Positions 27,750-31,005 of a stretch of DNA of 31,005 bases are shown here, in pieces. The stretch is from Promethearchaeota archaeon (GTDB taxonomy: Archaea; Asgardarchaeota; Lokiarchaeia; Sigyniarchaeales; SOKP01). Numbering within the stretch: the first letter of the stretch is position 1; the number at the start of each line of letters is the position of its first letter. Under the pieces are notes generated by a model. The model was not told the DNA's origin and searched no databases. It saw only the letters and a program-made list of their open reading frames with translations. Location of the stretch: assembly GCA_048940645.1 (NCBI GenBank), contig JBHLOI010000043.1:1-31005 (forward strand), written 5' to 3'. Position numbers and translations under genes: made by a program.

Positions 27750-28667
27750 TTATTTTAATATTTTTTTAAAATCTAGAAATTTTTTTTCATTAAATATTTC
27801 TTTTTCTTTCTGATAAAACTTACAACTCTGCTTTTCCAAGCCAGTCACGTAAATGCATTTCTTAGCACACCAATAGAGACCAGTTGGATTAGGATTGTAA
27901 GCAAATTTACAATCTGAAGAGATAAATTCTTTTTTTCCCTCTCTCCAATTAAAGTAATCAAACATTCTTCGACAGAAAATTTCAGAATTTTCATCAAATG
28001 GATAACTCATTATACAATGTGTTCCAATTTTAGTTTTCCTTAATTTTACAGGAATAAATCCTAATGTGTTAAAGAATTTTAGTTTATATTGCTCACAATT
28101 CGCTACTAATAAAAATAGATAAAATTCATTATAACTCTCAATTTCTTGTTCAATTATAAATTGAAATAATTTTGAGCCTAATCCTCTTCTTCTATAATTC
28201 TTTTTAATCTCGATAGTATCTAAATAATAAAGATATACTCCATTATATATCGATAAAAATATTAAATTCAAACAACCAATTATTTCATTGAATCCATTAA
28301 AAATATAATGAGTCTTACTCATATATCCATAATACCAATCTTCTGAATCCTCACAATTTTCTAATAATTTAGCGGGTAATTCATCTTTTCGATATATTTT
28401 AAATTCATAATCTTTTAACAAAAGATTCCAATAAAGTTTGCTCTTATCTAAAATATTTTTGTAGCGTTCTTTTGAGCAATAGTTAGTTCTTAAATCTATA
28501 GAATAACTATTTAATAAAGCTAATGGATATAATCGATCTTTTTTTTTTTCTACAGTTAATACTGATTTTTTTCGAATATAAGGTATATTAAGCCCTAAAT
28601 AGTCATTTAAAATCTCAAAATTAATAATTTGATTTTTATTTTTCTCTTCATGGGTTTTTAATATCAT
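27750..28667 (-). CDS. GNAT family N-acetyltransferase with C-terminal Cys-rich domain
   Basis: YLDTIEIKKNYRRRGLGSKL (acetyl-CoA motif A) and KFFNTLGF. C-terminal SDCKFA..GLYWCAKKCIYVT..EKQSCKFY. Confidence 0.85.
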   Translation of the reverse strand: MILKTHEEKNKNQIINFEILNDYLGLNIPYIRKKSVLTVEKKKDRLYPLALLNSYSIDLRTNYCSKERYKNILDKSKLYWNLLLKDYEFKIYRKDELPAKLLENCEDSEDWYYGYMSKTHYIFNGFNEIIGCLNLIFLSIYNGVYLYYLDTIEIKKNYRRRGLGSKLFQFIIEQEIESYNEFYLFLLVANCEQYKLKFFNTLGFIPVKLRKTKIGTHCIMSYPFDENSEIFCRRMFDYFNWREGKKEFISSDCKFAYNPNPTGLYWCAKKCIYVTGLEKQSCKFYQKEKEIFNEKKFLDFKKILK

Positions 28668-28799
28668 TAAGGAATCCCTTTTGATAATAGTGTGTATCTG
28701 AAACGATAATCTTTTAATTTAATTAAACTAATTGATATTATTTACATAATTTTTACTTCCTTTTTTGGTAAGTCTATACTGAATGATTTAATTATAAAT

Positions 28800-29258
28800 T
28801 TACGATAAATAAACCAATTTACTCTTATTCTCGATATTTTTACTTTTCTCCAGAGTTGAGAAATAATTTGATAATTTAATAATTGTTTGATTTAATTCAA
28901 ATAGAATTATAGCTAAATTCAAATATATTGGAAATATTACTGAAATCATAATTTCATTATTGATTGATTCAAGAATAATCATAAATCCATTATCATCTAG
29001 TTGATTTCCAGCTTGAATCTTAATTTGTTTTACGAAATTGCGATTTTTTATTATATCAAGACCATTTTCAGCTAAAGAAATTACTCCAGCACAGATAGCT
29101 CCTATAGATTGAAAATAATCATCGTCTTCATTGAAATTACCTTGATCTACAGCTATTATAAAACCATCTTCAGTAAATAAGAAAGAGCTCGTAATGTCTG
29201 TATGTTCTCTAAAAGCTTTCAAAATATAACTAATATTCTTTTCTGTTAAATTATACAT
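28800..29258 (-). CDS. roadblock/LC7 (MglB/LAMTOR-like) domain protein
   Basis: ITSSFLFTEDGFIIA, SIGAICAGVISLAE, and LAIILFEL in the C-terminal helix. Overlaps the GTPase stop by 8 nt. Confidence 0.82.
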   Translation of the reverse strand: MYNLTEKNISYILKAFREHTDITSSFLFTEDGFIIAVDQGNFNEDDDYFQSIGAICAGVISLAENGLDIIKNRNFVKQIKIQAGNQLDDNGFMIILESINNEIMISVIFPIYLNLAIILFELNQTIIKLSNYFSTLEKSKNIENKSKLVYLS

Positions 29259-29901
29259 CTAAAACGGACACCTCATCTTTAGATATAATTTTTTCAGAAT
29301 TTCCATTTAAAATAATTTTGAGGACAGCAATAATAGCATCTTTTATTCCAATATTACATTTAGCAGATCCTTTATATACTACTTCACCTACTAGATTTTT
29401 AATCATTTCGATGTCATGGTAATCTTCTCTATCAGATTTATTAGCAATAATTTTCATAGGAATATTATATCCTAAACCTGTTCTTGTTTCCTCTAATATA
29501 ACTAATGCATTTCCAATATTAGCTAAATCACAGCCATCTATTAATAAAATAACACCATCGCTCCCTTTTGCTAATATTTTTCTAACTGAAGCAAATTGCA
29601 TTTGTCCAGGACACCCTTTTAATTCTAAATCCATAATATGCCACCCAGAATATTCGTCCTTATCTCTCAAATATTCAGTTTTGCTCATTATTAAACCGTT
29701 CGTCTCAAAATTTAAATTTGGTCTTGCCCAAATCAATCTTGCTAAATCAAAACCAGTAGTAGTATGGGTTTTATCTTTGTCAAATGGTATATTTAGTTCT
29801 TTTTCCACAGAAATTGCTTTATTATCAAGAGTATGGATTAAAGTTGTTTTACCCGAATTAAAAAATCCAGTTATAAAAATTTTTATTTTATTATTTAACA
29901 T
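29251..29901 (-). CDS. small GTPase, MglA/CvnD-like
   Basis: G1 GFFNSGKTT, G2 TTTGFD, G3 GCPGQ, G4 NKSD and G5 SAK. Confidence 0.9.
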   Translation of the reverse strand: MLNNKIKIFITGFFNSGKTTLIHTLDNKAISVEKELNIPFDKDKTHTTTGFDLARLIWARPNLNFETNGLIMSKTEYLRDKDEYSGWHIMDLELKGCPGQMQFASVRKILAKGSDGVILLIDGCDLANIGNALVILEETRTGLGYNIPMKIIANKSDREDYHDIEMIKNLVGEVVYKGSAKCNIGIKDAIIAVLKIILNGNSEKIISKDEVSVLDV

Positions 29902-30251
29902 TTCACAAATCTTTATTATTTTTCTATATTTTCATAAAAAAAATTATATTTAGAATATTTTATTTCAAAATCTTTTTCTTTTACCGTAAAATTAATATAT
30001 ATTTTTTTATTTAAATTTATTTTTTTAAGAGAATTATTATAAAAATCTTTTAAATTATAACGAATCCGTAGAGTAATAAACATATTTTATAATAATCTTT
30101 ATTAAAAACTTTTTTTCCTTATGAAAAAATTTATATACAAATTATTTCATTACTTTTTCGTATAGAAAAATAATGATTTAAAAAAAATTCTTAAAAAAAA
30201 TTGAATAAAATTATAAAAAATATAAAAAACAGATTAAATAGATGACAAATA
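29902..30251. promoter_or_regulatory. extremely AT-rich divergent intergenic region (probable bidirectional promoters)
   Basis: Lies between two divergent operons and has several TTTATATA/TTAATATA-like boxes. Individual TATA boxes cannot be pinned down. Confidence 0.45.
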
Positions 30252-30722
30252 ATGCCAAATTATAAACAATTGTTAGATATTTCAAATGCAACATTAGTTG
30301 CAATGGGAAAAGCTATGATCAACATGGGTTTAAATATTCCATTAGTTTGGAATGAATGTGCAAATGTGTTTGAAAATAGTGCAAAAAATCTTTTAAAAGA
30401 TGCTGGTATGGTAATTGAAGGTAATGATGTTCAATCGATAACTGAAAATTTTGCTAAGAAGGTAAAAGAAATGGGATTCTGCCAAAGAGCTGATATTCTA
30501 GAACTCAGCGATGAAAAGCTTGTTATGGATCTTGGAGAATGTATCTTTGCTTCGGCTACAACTGTTTTTAGAGGTAATGATCGAAATTTTATACCTCCGT
30601 GTCCATTTATGTCAATGTTATATAGCACAATTGCAGAAAAAACAGGGAAAATCGGCTATATAGAATCTTGTCAATGGAAACCTGAAGAGAATACATCAAT
30701 TTTTACTGTAAAGTTAGAATAA
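30252..30722 (+). CDS. V4R/MetOD-like (Bet3/H-NOX-related fold) protein
   Basis: Helical N-terminal half, then LVMDLGECIF..PPCPFMSML..IESCQW..SIFTVKL cysteine pattern. Confidence 0.65.
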   Translation: MPNYKQLLDISNATLVAMGKAMINMGLNIPLVWNECANVFENSAKNLLKDAGMVIEGNDVQSITENFAKKVKEMGFCQRADILELSDEKLVMDLGECIFASATTVFRGNDRNFIPPCPFMSMLYSTIAEKTGKIGYIESCQWKPEENTSIFTVKLE

Positions 30723-30741
30723 ATTAGGAGTGATGAAAAAC

Positions 30742-30870
30742 ATGGCGCAATCAGATTGTAAGTATGCTGGAGTTGAAAATTCTGATGGTTTAATATGGTG
30801 CGAGAAGAAAAATATCTATGTAACTGCGAAGGAGAAGGATACATGTGAATTTTATGAGAAAAAGAGTTAA
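30742..30870 (+). CDS. 42-aa three-Cys microprotein, homologous to the GNAT C-terminal domain (not in ORF track)
   Basis: MAQSDCKYAGVENSDGLIWCEKKNIYVTAKEKDTCEFYEKKS*. SD AGGAGTGA lies upstream, and the ORF fills the gap between two co-oriented genes. 22/37 identity to 27807..27917. Confidence 0.85.
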   Translation: MAQSDCKYAGVENSDGLIWCEKKNIYVTAKEKDTCEFYEKKS

Positions 30871-30885
30871 TGAGGAGGGAAAAAA

Positions 30886-31005
30886 ATGAGTGCAAAACAA
30901 GAAAAAATACAAGAAATATTATTAGAATTAGAAAAAAATTCAGAAGTGTCAAATAGTGCTCTAGTATCATTGAAAGGACAGATGATGGCAAGTGCTCTCC
31001 ATAAA
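30886..31005 (+). CDS. roadblock/LC7 domain protein, N-terminal part (runs off the window)
   Basis: SD GAGGAGG; reads MSAKQEKIQEILLELEKNSEVSNSALVSLKGQMMASALHK (helix + SALVSxxGxMMAS). Confidence 0.78.
   Translation, partial: MSAKQEKIQEILLELEKNSEVSNSALVSLKGQMMASALHK

Noticed and set aside
20626-30991. Antisense ORFs 20626..20880, 23398..23631, 23403..23837, 29681..29953, 30431..30628, 30671..30991
   Set aside because: They are shadows. The hydrophobic 23403..23837 ORF is just the reverse complement of the purine-rich LEKER repeat, and 30671..30991 overlaps two better-supported plus-strand genes.

Overview
This AT-rich window most likely comes from an Asgard archaeon of the Lokiarchaeia type. 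That is inferred from a gelsolin-like domain, Rab-like and MglA/CvnD-like GTPases, roadblock and longin-like domains, and a Loki-expanded 'GHCSNLQAW' domain. From left to right it contains five blocks. (1) A rearranged region with a duplicated 65-aa microprotein ending in a PIP-box-like motif, a DUF3160 surface protein, several gene remnants and a ZIP transporter. (2) A probable small-molecule biosynthesis cluster: methyltransferase, QueG-like Fe-S protein, membrane protein, radical SAM/SPASM, an SDMT-like methyltransferase and the TIGR04282/TIGR04283 transferase pair known from arsenosugar loci, but without recognisable ArsM or ArsS. (3) A 4-TM membrane module fused to a degenerate Rab-like GTPase, plus a stop-interrupted GTPase-free copy of that module 7 kb away. 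(4) A GC-richer group 3b [NiFe] hydrogenase operon, a gelsolin-domain fusion and an E/K/R-repeat protein. (5) A signalling island: GTPase, roadblock, GNAT, PAS histidine kinase and a His-less PAS pseudokinase fused to a longin-like domain. Divergent from it are a V4R/MetOD-like protein, an unannotated 42-aa three-Cys microprotein that is a free-standing copy of the GNAT C-terminal domain, and a second roadblock gene. Block 5 is the best candidate for an undescribed system, followed by block 2. No rRNA, tRNA, CRISPR array or transposase was recognised. All family assignments come from motif recognition by eye, not database searches.
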